A stretch of DNA of 64,000 nt from Thermoplasmata archaeon (lineage in GTDB: Archaea; Thermoplasmatota; Thermoplasmata; Thermoplasmatales; ARK-15): contig JBAMMA010000006.1 of the NCBI GenBank assembly GCA_039794005.1, positions 27,679 to 91,678 on the forward strand, in the 5' to 3' direction. Both the position numbers and the translations under genes were made by a program. The notes under the pieces are model-generated. The model ran no database searches. It saw nothing but the letters and a program-made list of their open reading frames with translations, and was not told where the DNA came from. Positions 47,590 through 55,827 of the stretch are shown piece by piece (position 1 is the first letter of the stretch; each line of letters begins with the position of its first letter).

Positions 47590-48147
47590 TCACCCATTTT
47601 GATTATTGAAGTCAAATAAAGATAGCTGACCTGGTATATAATAGAAGTGATAATTCTTTTCACCATATTTTATGTTGTATCCATAACTATGCTTTTCAGT
47701 GATTATGTATGGAAATTTGGATGTTATGGAAAATGGGTATGATGAAAAGAACAATGTTATGGAATTATTTTCACTTGTATATTCCACGAGACCATTAACA
47801 ATTCCAGATATTAATGCATACTTTTCATCGTTCCTGAGGTCAGAATATGATATGGGGTCAAAATAATACATTAAAAGGTCATATTTATTTTTCAATTCCT
47901 TTATAATTTCAATGATCTGATAAAATGTGAAACCCCTTCTAATTTTTATTTTTATATCATTTCTGAATTTTTTAATGATGTTATATGAATGCCTTAAATT
48001 CAGAGGTGAATAATTCCCCAATATTATGTAATCTGACATGCCAAAAATTTGTGATTCAACCAGGAGCCTATCCGAGGGAAAAATCTCAGGATTTTTTATT
48101 ATGTACATCTTTCCATAATCAAATATGTCCAAAAGATTTAAAATCAT
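47590..48147 (-). CDS. hypothetical protein; possible P-loop-less RecA/RadB/KaiC-like fold with C-terminal PIP-like motif
   Basis: 185 aa. The order of hydrophobic strands and helices parallels RadB (LLDIFDYGKMYIIKN.. where RadB has LD.LLGGG....V.G, but no GKT). DLLMYYFDPIS sits at the Walker-B-like position. Ends GQLSLFDFNNQNG. Confidence 0.3.
   Translation of the reverse strand: MILNLLDIFDYGKMYIIKNPEIFPSDRLLVESQIFGMSDYIILGNYSPLNLRHSYNIIKKFRNDIKIKIRRGFTFYQIIEIIKELKNKYDLLMYYFDPISYSDLRNDEKYALISGIVNGLVEYTSENNSITLFFSSYPFSITSKFPYIITEKHSYGYNIKYGEKNYHFYYIPGQLSLFDFNNQNG
47608..47628 (-). other. PIP-box-like motif QLSLFDF five residues from the C-terminus of the 185-aa protein
   Basis: Fits Q-x-x-L-x-x-F, but the eighth position is N rather than aromatic. 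Confidence 0.35.
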
Positions 48148-48188
48148 TTTAGAATTTAAAAAACAATAATAGATTTAAAATTTTTTAA

Positions 48189-48737
48189 TCACGATAGCAT
48201 AATATCCATCTGATCATATCCCACCTGCTGTAAAAGTGTTGGGTTTTCAAAGAAACCTGTACCTGTAATGTTTATTAAATATTCATAATAATATATCAAA
48301 AATATTGATTTGTGAAAATGCGGTAAATAAAATTCTTTGTATTCAAAGACTTTATACGTTCCACTGCTGTATAAAGGCATTAACGCATGCTGGAATGGAA
48401 AATATGCCTGCGCTGGAGAATCCATCTGTTGGAAAAGTATTGAAAGTGAAGAATAATTCTTTAAAGATTGGTATATTTCCTGAATATCGATTTGATATAA
48501 ATTTGACTTAGAAACATTATAAATGTGAGTATAATTTTTAATTTCATTTGTGTTATATATCTTTTCTATTGTTGATAAATTTACAAATGCTACATTTATT
48601 GGAACAACTGTAGTCTGTGGCGCATTACCCCAGAAAGTTGCATTCTTTACTGAATAATAAATTTCAAAATAAAATGCTACCACCAAAACTACCACCAAAA
48701 TAATTATTATTGCCAAAATCTTCTTTAAAGACATCAT
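48189..48737 (-). CDS. hypothetical N-terminally anchored extracytoplasmic protein (182 aa)
   Basis: Signal anchor KKILAIIIILVVVLVVAFYF followed by an N-x-S/T-rich, Tyr-rich domain. No motif recognised. Confidence 0.45.
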   Translation of the reverse strand: MMSLKKILAIIIILVVVLVVAFYFEIYYSVKNATFWGNAPQTTVVPINVAFVNLSTIEKIYNTNEIKNYTHIYNVSKSNLYQIDIQEIYQSLKNYSSLSILFQQMDSPAQAYFPFQHALMPLYSSGTYKVFEYKEFYLPHFHKSIFLIYYYEYLINITGTGFFENPTLLQQVGYDQMDIMLS

Positions 48738-48812
48738 CGTGGGTATATATTAAATTAAATTAATAAATTTTATTTTCACAAATATTTATGAACCCATCGA
48801 GGATTAAGATAT

Positions 48813-51434
48813 ATGATGTCAGATCCATTAGACCTTGAAATTCTTCATAATAGAGGTTTTGTGAGAAAGAAGTGCGAAAAATGTGGAGCAACATTTTGGA
48901 CTTCAGACCCAGATAGAAATACATGTGGTGAATTTCCATGCGATCCTTACATTTTTCTGGATAAAAGGATAATGAAAGAGGAAATTAATTTTTATGAAAT
49001 GATGGATAAATTTATAGAATTTTTTAAAAGTAGAAATCATGGAAAAATAGAAAGATTTCCCGTAGTTGCTAGATGGAGAAAGGATGTTTTTCTTGTAAAT
49101 GCTTCTATATACGATTTTCAGCCACACATAACATCTGGAGAAGTCCCCCCACCTGCAAATCCTCTGGTTGTGGCACAGCCATGCATTAGACTTGTTGATA
49201 TTGATGATGTAGGTAAAACAGGAAGACATTTAACAAGCTTTATCATGATGGCACACCATGCGTTCAACTATCCGGATAAATACGTATATTGGAAAGATGA
49301 AACGGTTTCATACGCCCTGGATTTTCTGGAAAGTTTAGGAATAGATAAAAATTATATAACTTTGAAGGAAAATCCGTGGACAGGAGGAGGGAATGGAGGA
49401 TATGCATTTGAGGTAATAGTTGGAGGTCTTGAGGTGGCCACTCTTGTTTTCATGGAATTCATTGAGGATCCAAATGGTGATATTGAACTGAATGGCCAAA
49501 AATTTAGGAAAATGGATATAAGGGTTGTTGACACTGGATATGGATTGGAAAGGTTTGTCTGGGTATCTAAGTCATCACCCTCTATTTTCGATGCCATTTA
49601 TTCAGACATAATAAATAGAATTTTAGAAATTTCAAATAAAAAGTTTCCTGAATCTTACAATGAATTCATGAAAAGATTTGTTTCAATCAAAGACAAGAGT
49701 GAGGATGTATTGATTGAATGGGCAAAAAAAATAATAATGGATCTCGGTTTGGATGATTCTTACATTGATTTTCTGAACTATATAAGGAAGATCGAGCTGA
49801 TTGTAGACCATACGAGATCTGCTCTCTTTATGTTAAATGATGGGGCTGTACCATCTAACGTAAAATCCGGGTATCTTGCAAGATTTGTTCTAAGGAGGTT
49901 GTTTAGGGTTTTGGAGGAAACAAATTTGATCGGCCATATGGATTACATATTTAAATTGGAAATGGAATATTTCAAGTCAATGCTTGATGAGGAGATGTTT
50001 CCAGTAATAATGGATATGGTAAAAGTTGAATATGAAAGATATAAAGAGAACATTAAAAAGTCCGAGAATATTATTGAAAAATACTTGCAAAAAGGGAATG
50101 TTGATTTAGATACACTGATACAACTTTATGATTCATATGGTATTTTGCCTGAAATCGTTGCAGAAAAGGCAAAGGAAAAGGGGATTTTGATAAAAATACC
50201 GGAGAATTTTAGGTCTATCGTGGCATCTAAACATGAAAGGTCTCAGGAAAAAGAAAAGGAAAAGACGGTGAAATTAAATTTGAAACCAACCAGGACACTT
50301 TATTATGAAGACCCTTACATGAAAGAATTTGATGCGAATATAATATTCATAGGGGAAAATTTTGTGGTTCTGGATCAAACCGCATTTTACCCTGAAGGAG
50401 GAGGACAACCTTCAGATCTCGGTTATATGATGCAAGATGAAAAGAAATATTTTGTTAAGGATGTGCAAAAGTATGGAGATGTTATATTGCATTATTTAGA
50501 GAATGAAAATGAAATGCCAAGGATTGGAAAAGTTCACGGAGTGATAAATTGGGATAGAAGGGCAAGGCTTATGAGAAATCATACTGCAACACACATTCTT
50601 TTACACAGCTGCAGAAAAATTTTAGGAAAACATGTGTGGCAAGCTGGTGCACAGAAAGATGTTTTATATTCCAGATTGGATATAACGCATTACAAGAGGA
50701 TTTCCAATGAAGAAATAAGGCAAATTGAAAAGGAGGCCATGAAAATCATAACCGAATGCGTTCCTGTATCAGCGGAATGGATGGACAGGAATGAGGCTGA
50801 AAAACTTTATGGATTCAGGTTATATGAAGGTGGAATTCCACCGGGCGAAAAAATCAGGGTTGTTAAAGTAGGCAATTACGATGCGGAAGGTTGTGGTGGC
50901 ACACATGTTAAAAATACAGGTGAAATAGGTTTCATAAAAATTATAAAGGAAGAAAAAATACAGGACGGTGTTTCAAGGATAATATTCACTTCCTGGCTTG
51001 GAGCCATTGAAGAGGTGCATAAAATAGAAAACATTCTAAATATATCTTCGGGTATTTTAAAAGTAGAACATGACAAATTGCCTAAGACGATTGAAAGATT
51101 TTTTGAAGAATGGAAAGAATTGAAGAAATATAAAGAAAAAATGCAGGAGAGGATCATTTATTATATAATAGAGGATATAAAAAATAAAAAAATAGATATA
51201 AAAAATGGCAAAATATCTTATGGTGAGGTGGAAAAGGATATTTTATTCAACGTTGCTAAACTGCTAAAGGAAAAAAAGATTGATGCCATTTTAAAATCTG
51301 AGAATCTAATAGGCATTGTAGATTCTGGAAACATTAAAATCCCAGAAAATATAAAATATAAGGACGTTGGATTTATAAAAATTATAGAGGGTGCAAAATT
51401 GGATGATGTTGTTTCAATGTTGGAGGTTAAATAA
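48813..51434 (+). CDS. alaS: alanyl-tRNA synthetase
   Basis: 873 aa. N-terminal archaeal Zn-ribbon-like CEKCGATFWT...C. Class II core (FEVIVGGLEVATLVFMEF). Editing-domain HxxxH/CxxxH (MRNHTATHILLH ... AEGCGGTHV). Confidence 0.92.
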   Translation: MMSDPLDLEILHNRGFVRKKCEKCGATFWTSDPDRNTCGEFPCDPYIFLDKRIMKEEINFYEMMDKFIEFFKSRNHGKIERFPVVARWRKDVFLVNASIYDFQPHITSGEVPPPANPLVVAQPCIRLVDIDDVGKTGRHLTSFIMMAHHAFNYPDKYVYWKDETVSYALDFLESLGIDKNYITLKENPWTGGGNGGYAFEVIVGGLEVATLVFMEFIEDPNGDIELNGQKFRKMDIRVVDTGYGLERFVWVSKSSPSIFDAIYSDIINRILEISNKKFPESYNEFMKRFVSIKDKSEDVLIEWAKKIIMDLGLDDSYIDFLNYIRKIELIVDHTRSALFMLNDGAVPSNVKSGYLARFVLRRLFRVLEETNLIGHMDYIFKLEMEYFKSMLDEEMFPVIMDMVKVEYERYKENIKKSENIIEKYLQKGNVDLDTLIQLYDSYGILPEIVAEKAKEKGILIKIPENFRSIVASKHERSQEKEKEKTVKLNLKPTRTLYYEDPYMKEFDANIIFIGENFVVLDQTAFYPEGGGQPSDLGYMMQDEKKYFVKDVQKYGDVILHYLENENEMPRIGKVHGVINWDRRARLMRNHTATHILLHSCRKILGKHVWQAGAQKDVLYSRLDITHYKRISNEEIRQIEKEAMKIITECVPVSAEWMDRNEAEKLYGFRLYEGGIPPGEKIRVVKVGNYDAEGCGGTHVKNTGEIGFIKIIKEEKIQDGVSRIIFTSWLGAIEEVHKIENILNISSGILKVEHDKLPKTIERFFEEWKELKKYKEKMQERIIYYIIEDIKNKKIDIKNGKISYGEVEKDILFNVAKLLKEKKIDAILKSENLIGIVDSGNIKIPENIKYKDVGFIKIIEGAKLDDVVSMLEVK

Positions 51435-53101
51435 TGTTCAACGTACATGAAATAGATTCTATTGTTAGAAAATACTTTTCCGTTTATGAGGCAAAATTAA
51501 CGCCTGAATATTTGGAATATAAGGTATTGATATATCCATCACATAAAGAAACAATGAAACAATTCAGAATGTTGTGGAAGGAATTGAAAAGTTTTGAATA
51601 TTTACCAACTTTGTCGGATGAAAAAGGTGAATACATTATAAGGGTAATACCATTTCCACAACAAAAGGGATTTTCAATATGGGTAAACATAATTCTATTG
51701 ATTGCAACACTCATATCAACAATTTTGGTGGGTGCTTCAAACTATGGAGGATATTTCAACGAATATTGGCTCAGCGCGAATTCGATCATAGGTGGAACAT
51801 TATTTTTTGCTATTCCATTAATGGCAATACTTGGATTACATGAACTCGGCCATTACTTTGCTTCAAAGAGGAATGGTGTAAGGGCATCCCTACCGTTTTT
51901 TATTCCTGCACCGACTATGGTAGGAACGCTTGGAGCATTCATATCAATAAGGGAACCAATACCCGATAGAAAAGCTCTTTTAGAAATAGGAGCTTCAGGT
52001 CCGATTGTTGGATTTATTGTGGCAATACCCATAGCAATATTCGGCAATTATCTGGGGAATATAATGCATCCAGTTATACAGGATTCAGCGACGAGAATGG
52101 TAATATATCCACCTCTAATATACAACATAATAAATCTATTTGTTCCGGAGACTTCTTATATGTTTCCCATGGCGTTTGCCGCGTGGGTGGGATTTGTTGT
52201 TACAGCGATTAACCTTCTGCCCATAGGACAGCTTGATGGTGGGCATATAGCGAGGGCCCTGCTTGGAAATAAATCAAAATATCTAAGCTATGCGTTCTTT
52301 GTATTCCTGCTAATAATTGGGTTATTCTATATAGGTTGGCTAATTTTTGCGCTTTTTGTCCTAATATTGGGACTTAATCACCCCCCTTCACTTAATGACG
52401 TGTCTAAAATTGAAAAGAAGGGATATACGATAGGAATAATTTCAATATTGTTGATATCAGTTACTTTTGTACCGGTGCCGATAAATGAATATGTATTATA
52501 TGAAAGGATAAATGTTCAGACTCCTAGCACGCAAGTTCCATTAATAATAAATTGCATTGAAAATTACACGGGAAAAATAATAATAAAGAATACGGGTGAT
52601 AAGATTGAAAATGTTAGTGTAAATGTAATATCACCGTTAAAAGTTGATTATAAAAATTACATTGGAAATCTCTCTGTTAATTCTTCATGGATAGAATATT
52701 TCAACGTTAGCATAAATAACAATACAAAACCCGGGTTGTACAATGTAACGTTTATTTTCAAAACAATCCTTGAAAGTTATAGCGCTTATTATAACATGTC
52801 TATAATTGTATTTAATAAAACAAACAATATAAAATTCATAAATCCAACATATTACACAAATGTATCAAAGATCAACGAATCTTTTATCTACACTGGAAAT
52901 ACAACTACGATGATAAAAATATGGCCCATTAACAATGCATCGATTTTCATAAACAACATTTTGATGAATAATTCAGCACAGATAATGGTAAATCCAAACT
53001 CGATTACGAACATGACGATCTTGTTTAAAAATCCTGGAAACTACAATTTAATATTATATTATGATGAAAATGCTACATGCATGAGGATTAGCTATGTCTG
53101 A
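51434..53101 (+). CDS. M50-family (site-2 protease type) intramembrane metalloprotease with C-terminal extracytoplasmic domain
   Basis: HELGHYFASK (HExxH) in a TM helix. Second motif NLLPIGQLDGGH. About 190 C-terminal residues are rich in N-x-S/T. Confidence 0.8.
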   Translation: MFNVHEIDSIVRKYFSVYEAKLTPEYLEYKVLIYPSHKETMKQFRMLWKELKSFEYLPTLSDEKGEYIIRVIPFPQQKGFSIWVNIILLIATLISTILVGASNYGGYFNEYWLSANSIIGGTLFFAIPLMAILGLHELGHYFASKRNGVRASLPFFIPAPTMVGTLGAFISIREPIPDRKALLEIGASGPIVGFIVAIPIAIFGNYLGNIMHPVIQDSATRMVIYPPLIYNIINLFVPETSYMFPMAFAAWVGFVVTAINLLPIGQLDGGHIARALLGNKSKYLSYAFFVFLLIIGLFYIGWLIFALFVLILGLNHPPSLNDVSKIEKKGYTIGIISILLISVTFVPVPINEYVLYERINVQTPSTQVPLIINCIENYTGKIIIKNTGDKIENVSVNVISPLKVDYKNYIGNLSVNSSWIEYFNVSINNNTKPGLYNVTFIFKTILESYSAYYNMSIIVFNKTNNIKFINPTYYTNVSKINESFIYTGNTTTMIKIWPINNASIFINNILMNNSAQIMVNPNSITNMTILFKNPGNYNLILYYDENATCMRISYV

Positions 53102-54203
53102 TATTTTCACCATAAATAGCACAAGTGGTAAGGCAAGGAGTGGCATTATTAAAACGCCTCATGGATATGTCAAAACACCAGTATTTATGCCAGTTGCCAC
53201 AAAGGGAACAATAAAGACAATTCCATCATGGGATTTTAAATCGCTGAGGATAGAGATGATTATATCTAACGCATTCCATTTATATTTTAGGCCTGGGCTA
53301 GAAATTATTAAAAAGTTTGGAGGCCTACACAAATTCATAAACTTTGAAGGATCGATATTCACAGACAGCGGCGGTTTCCAAATGTCAAATGAAGACTTTT
53401 ACTTTGGAATTAGGGAAAATGGAATAATATTTAGAGACCCGGTTTCAGGAGAGAAGATATTGTTTACTCCTGAACTTTCCGCAAAGATCCAGAATGAGAT
53501 AGGTTCTGATATTGCCATGGCCCTGGATTATGTTTTGCCATACGGTAAAAGCAAAAGAAGAATGGAAGAGGCTGTAAAATTAACTTACAATTGGGCAAAA
53601 TTGTTCAGGGAAAAAAGGGATGGTATTTCATTTGGAATTGTTCAGGGGGGAACATTTAAGGATCTCAGGGAAAGAAGTGCAAATGAAATAACATCTATAG
53701 ATTTTGAAGGTTATGCAATAGGCGGATTATCTATGGGAGAGCCGAAGGAACTGATGATGGATATACTGGAATACACGGTAGATTTACTGCCAAGAGAAAA
53801 ACCGAGATATTTTATGGGATTGGGATCCCCACTGGACATTATAAAGGGGGTAATGTTAGGTATAGATATCTTTGATTCTGTATTTCCAACCAGAAACGCA
53901 AGGCATGGACTGGCATTGACATGGAATGGACCCATAAATCTCAGAAAAAATTATCTAAAAGATAATTTCAATAAACTGGATGAAAGATGCGAGTGTAAAA
54001 CATGCAATTTTTATAATATTTCATATATTCATCATCTCTTCAAGGAAAATGAAATATTGGGGCTCTATTTATTAACAATCCATAACATAAATTTCATGAT
54101 GGATTTAATGGAAAAGATAAGGGAAGGCATTGAAAAAAATACAATAAATGAATTATATGAAAAGTTAGAGGAGGCGTATGGTAAAAATGGTGATAAGAAA
54201 TAA
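53094..54203 (+). CDS. tgt: tRNA-guanine transglycosylase, catalytic domain only, bacterial/eukaryal-like motifs
   Basis: TPVFMPVATKGT, FTDSGGFQ, ALDYV, FGIVQGG, YAIGGLSMGEP, PRYFMGLGSP, DIFDSVFPTRNARHG. Zn site CECKTCNFYNISYIHHL. 369 aa, no PUA region. Confidence 0.85.
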   Translation: MSDIFTINSTSGKARSGIIKTPHGYVKTPVFMPVATKGTIKTIPSWDFKSLRIEMIISNAFHLYFRPGLEIIKKFGGLHKFINFEGSIFTDSGGFQMSNEDFYFGIRENGIIFRDPVSGEKILFTPELSAKIQNEIGSDIAMALDYVLPYGKSKRRMEEAVKLTYNWAKLFREKRDGISFGIVQGGTFKDLRERSANEITSIDFEGYAIGGLSMGEPKELMMDILEYTVDLLPREKPRYFMGLGSPLDIIKGVMLGIDIFDSVFPTRNARHGLALTWNGPINLRKNYLKDNFNKLDERCECKTCNFYNISYIHHLFKENEILGLYLLTIHNINFMMDLMEKIREGIEKNTINELYEKLEEAYGKNGDKK

Positions 54204-55827
54204 AATCATTGAAAATAAGGATACATTGGTTGAAGAACTTTCTAAAATTGATGATGGAAGCGTAATAGCAATTGCCGGGTTCAACAATTCTGTTACCCCT
54301 TTGTACATTATGTATTCATTAATAGATTCATATAAAAAATATGGGAGGCCAAAAAACATATTTATTGAGGCAGACTCCTTCCCTGGAGTTCCAGGGACAG
54401 GCTTAGACATAATAATGAAAGAAATTTATGAAAATAGGTGGAAAGATTTCATTTCGGGTATATTAATACCATATTTATATAGATCTGAATACCTACAAAG
54501 GCTTGCGATGGAAAATTATTTTGAAATATATAGCTTCAGCATAGGCATAACAACATCACTTTTCAGGGAACTGGGTTCAGGAAGACCTGGTGTTTTAACA
54601 AAGATAGGTCTTGGAACATTTCACGATCCAAGGCTTGATAATTCAGCGGTAAATGAAAAAGCGAGAATTAAAAAGAGGTGCAAGGCGGAATTGATTAATA
54701 TAAATAATGAGGAATACCTTTTGTATACAGCACCAAAACCACAGATTGCATTTGTAAGGGCCACATCCTCGGACATTGATGGAAATCTTTCTATGGAGGA
54801 GGAGGGGATTTATGGTGCGACCTTGCCTGTGGTTTTGGCGACAAAGTCAAATCCTGGAGGAAAGGTATTTGCTCAGGTAAAATATGTAGTTTCTCAGAAA
54901 AGTAGATCCCCGAAGGAAATACATGTACCCGGGCCTCTCGTTGATTATATCGTTCATGCGCCAAAAGAATATGCTCCTCAGGGTTCAACAGTATATTACG
55001 ATCCCATGATATCTGGCCAGAGCATACCTAATGAAATAAAAATTAAATTTCCAAACAGGGAGATGGATGAGAGGTTCGTCATAAGGAGGAGGGTTGCTTA
55101 CGAAATTGCAAAATTGATTGCACGTGAAAAGAGAGACATAATAGTAAATTTTGGTACGGGCCTTCCAACAGAAATATCTTCCGTTTTGGCTGAGGAGGGC
55201 ATATCTGAATGTATTCATACCACAGTTGAATCGGGACCTTGGGGAGGTGTTGCATTAACCGGAAATGATTTTGGACTTTCATATGGCCCTTATTCAATAA
55301 TACAACAGGCCGATCAATTTATCGTTTATGAGGGAGGAATTGCAGATTTGACATCACTAGGTTTTCTGGAGGTTGATAAAAATGGAAACGTGAATCCATC
55401 GTATACTGGCGAAAGGATACCTGGTCCGGGTGGATTTTCTGACATATCGAGCGGAATTAATAGGATATATTTTGCTGGCGGTTTTACAGGAGGCGAAAGA
55501 GATATAAGAGTACATGAAAATAAATTAATAATAAAAAAGGATGGAGACATTATAAAATTCGTTGAAAGAGTGAAAAAGGTATTTTTCTCTGGGGAATATG
55601 CAATAAAAAGGAAAAAGGAAGTATTATACATAACTGAAAGGGCAGTATTTACCCTGACGGAAAGTGGGTTAAAATTGATAGAGATAGCCCCCGGGGTTGA
55701 TATAGATAAGGACATTTTGGAAAAGATGGAATTCAAGCCAATTATTGATGAATATGATTTTATACCAGAGATTATATTTTCAAATAAAAAAATGAATTTA
55801 AAGGAAATATCAAATTGTTTGATATAG
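54178..55827 (+). CDS. family I acyl-CoA:acetate/3-ketoacid CoA-transferase (YdiF-like, fused alpha-beta)
   Basis: DGSVIAIAGF, ATSSDIDGNLSMEEEG, catalytic-Glu region HTTVESGPWGG, EVDKNGNVN. 549 aa. Confidence 0.7.
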   Translation: MVKMVIRNKIIENKDTLVEELSKIDDGSVIAIAGFNNSVTPLYIMYSLIDSYKKYGRPKNIFIEADSFPGVPGTGLDIIMKEIYENRWKDFISGILIPYLYRSEYLQRLAMENYFEIYSFSIGITTSLFRELGSGRPGVLTKIGLGTFHDPRLDNSAVNEKARIKKRCKAELININNEEYLLYTAPKPQIAFVRATSSDIDGNLSMEEEGIYGATLPVVLATKSNPGGKVFAQVKYVVSQKSRSPKEIHVPGPLVDYIVHAPKEYAPQGSTVYYDPMISGQSIPNEIKIKFPNREMDERFVIRRRVAYEIAKLIAREKRDIIVNFGTGLPTEISSVLAEEGISECIHTTVESGPWGGVALTGNDFGLSYGPYSIIQQADQFIVYEGGIADLTSLGFLEVDKNGNVNPSYTGERIPGPGGFSDISSGINRIYFAGGFTGGERDIRVHENKLIIKKDGDIIKFVERVKKVFFSGEYAIKRKKEVLYITERAVFTLTESGLKLIEIAPGVDIDKDILEKMEFKPIIDEYDFIPEIIFSNKKMNLKEISNCLI

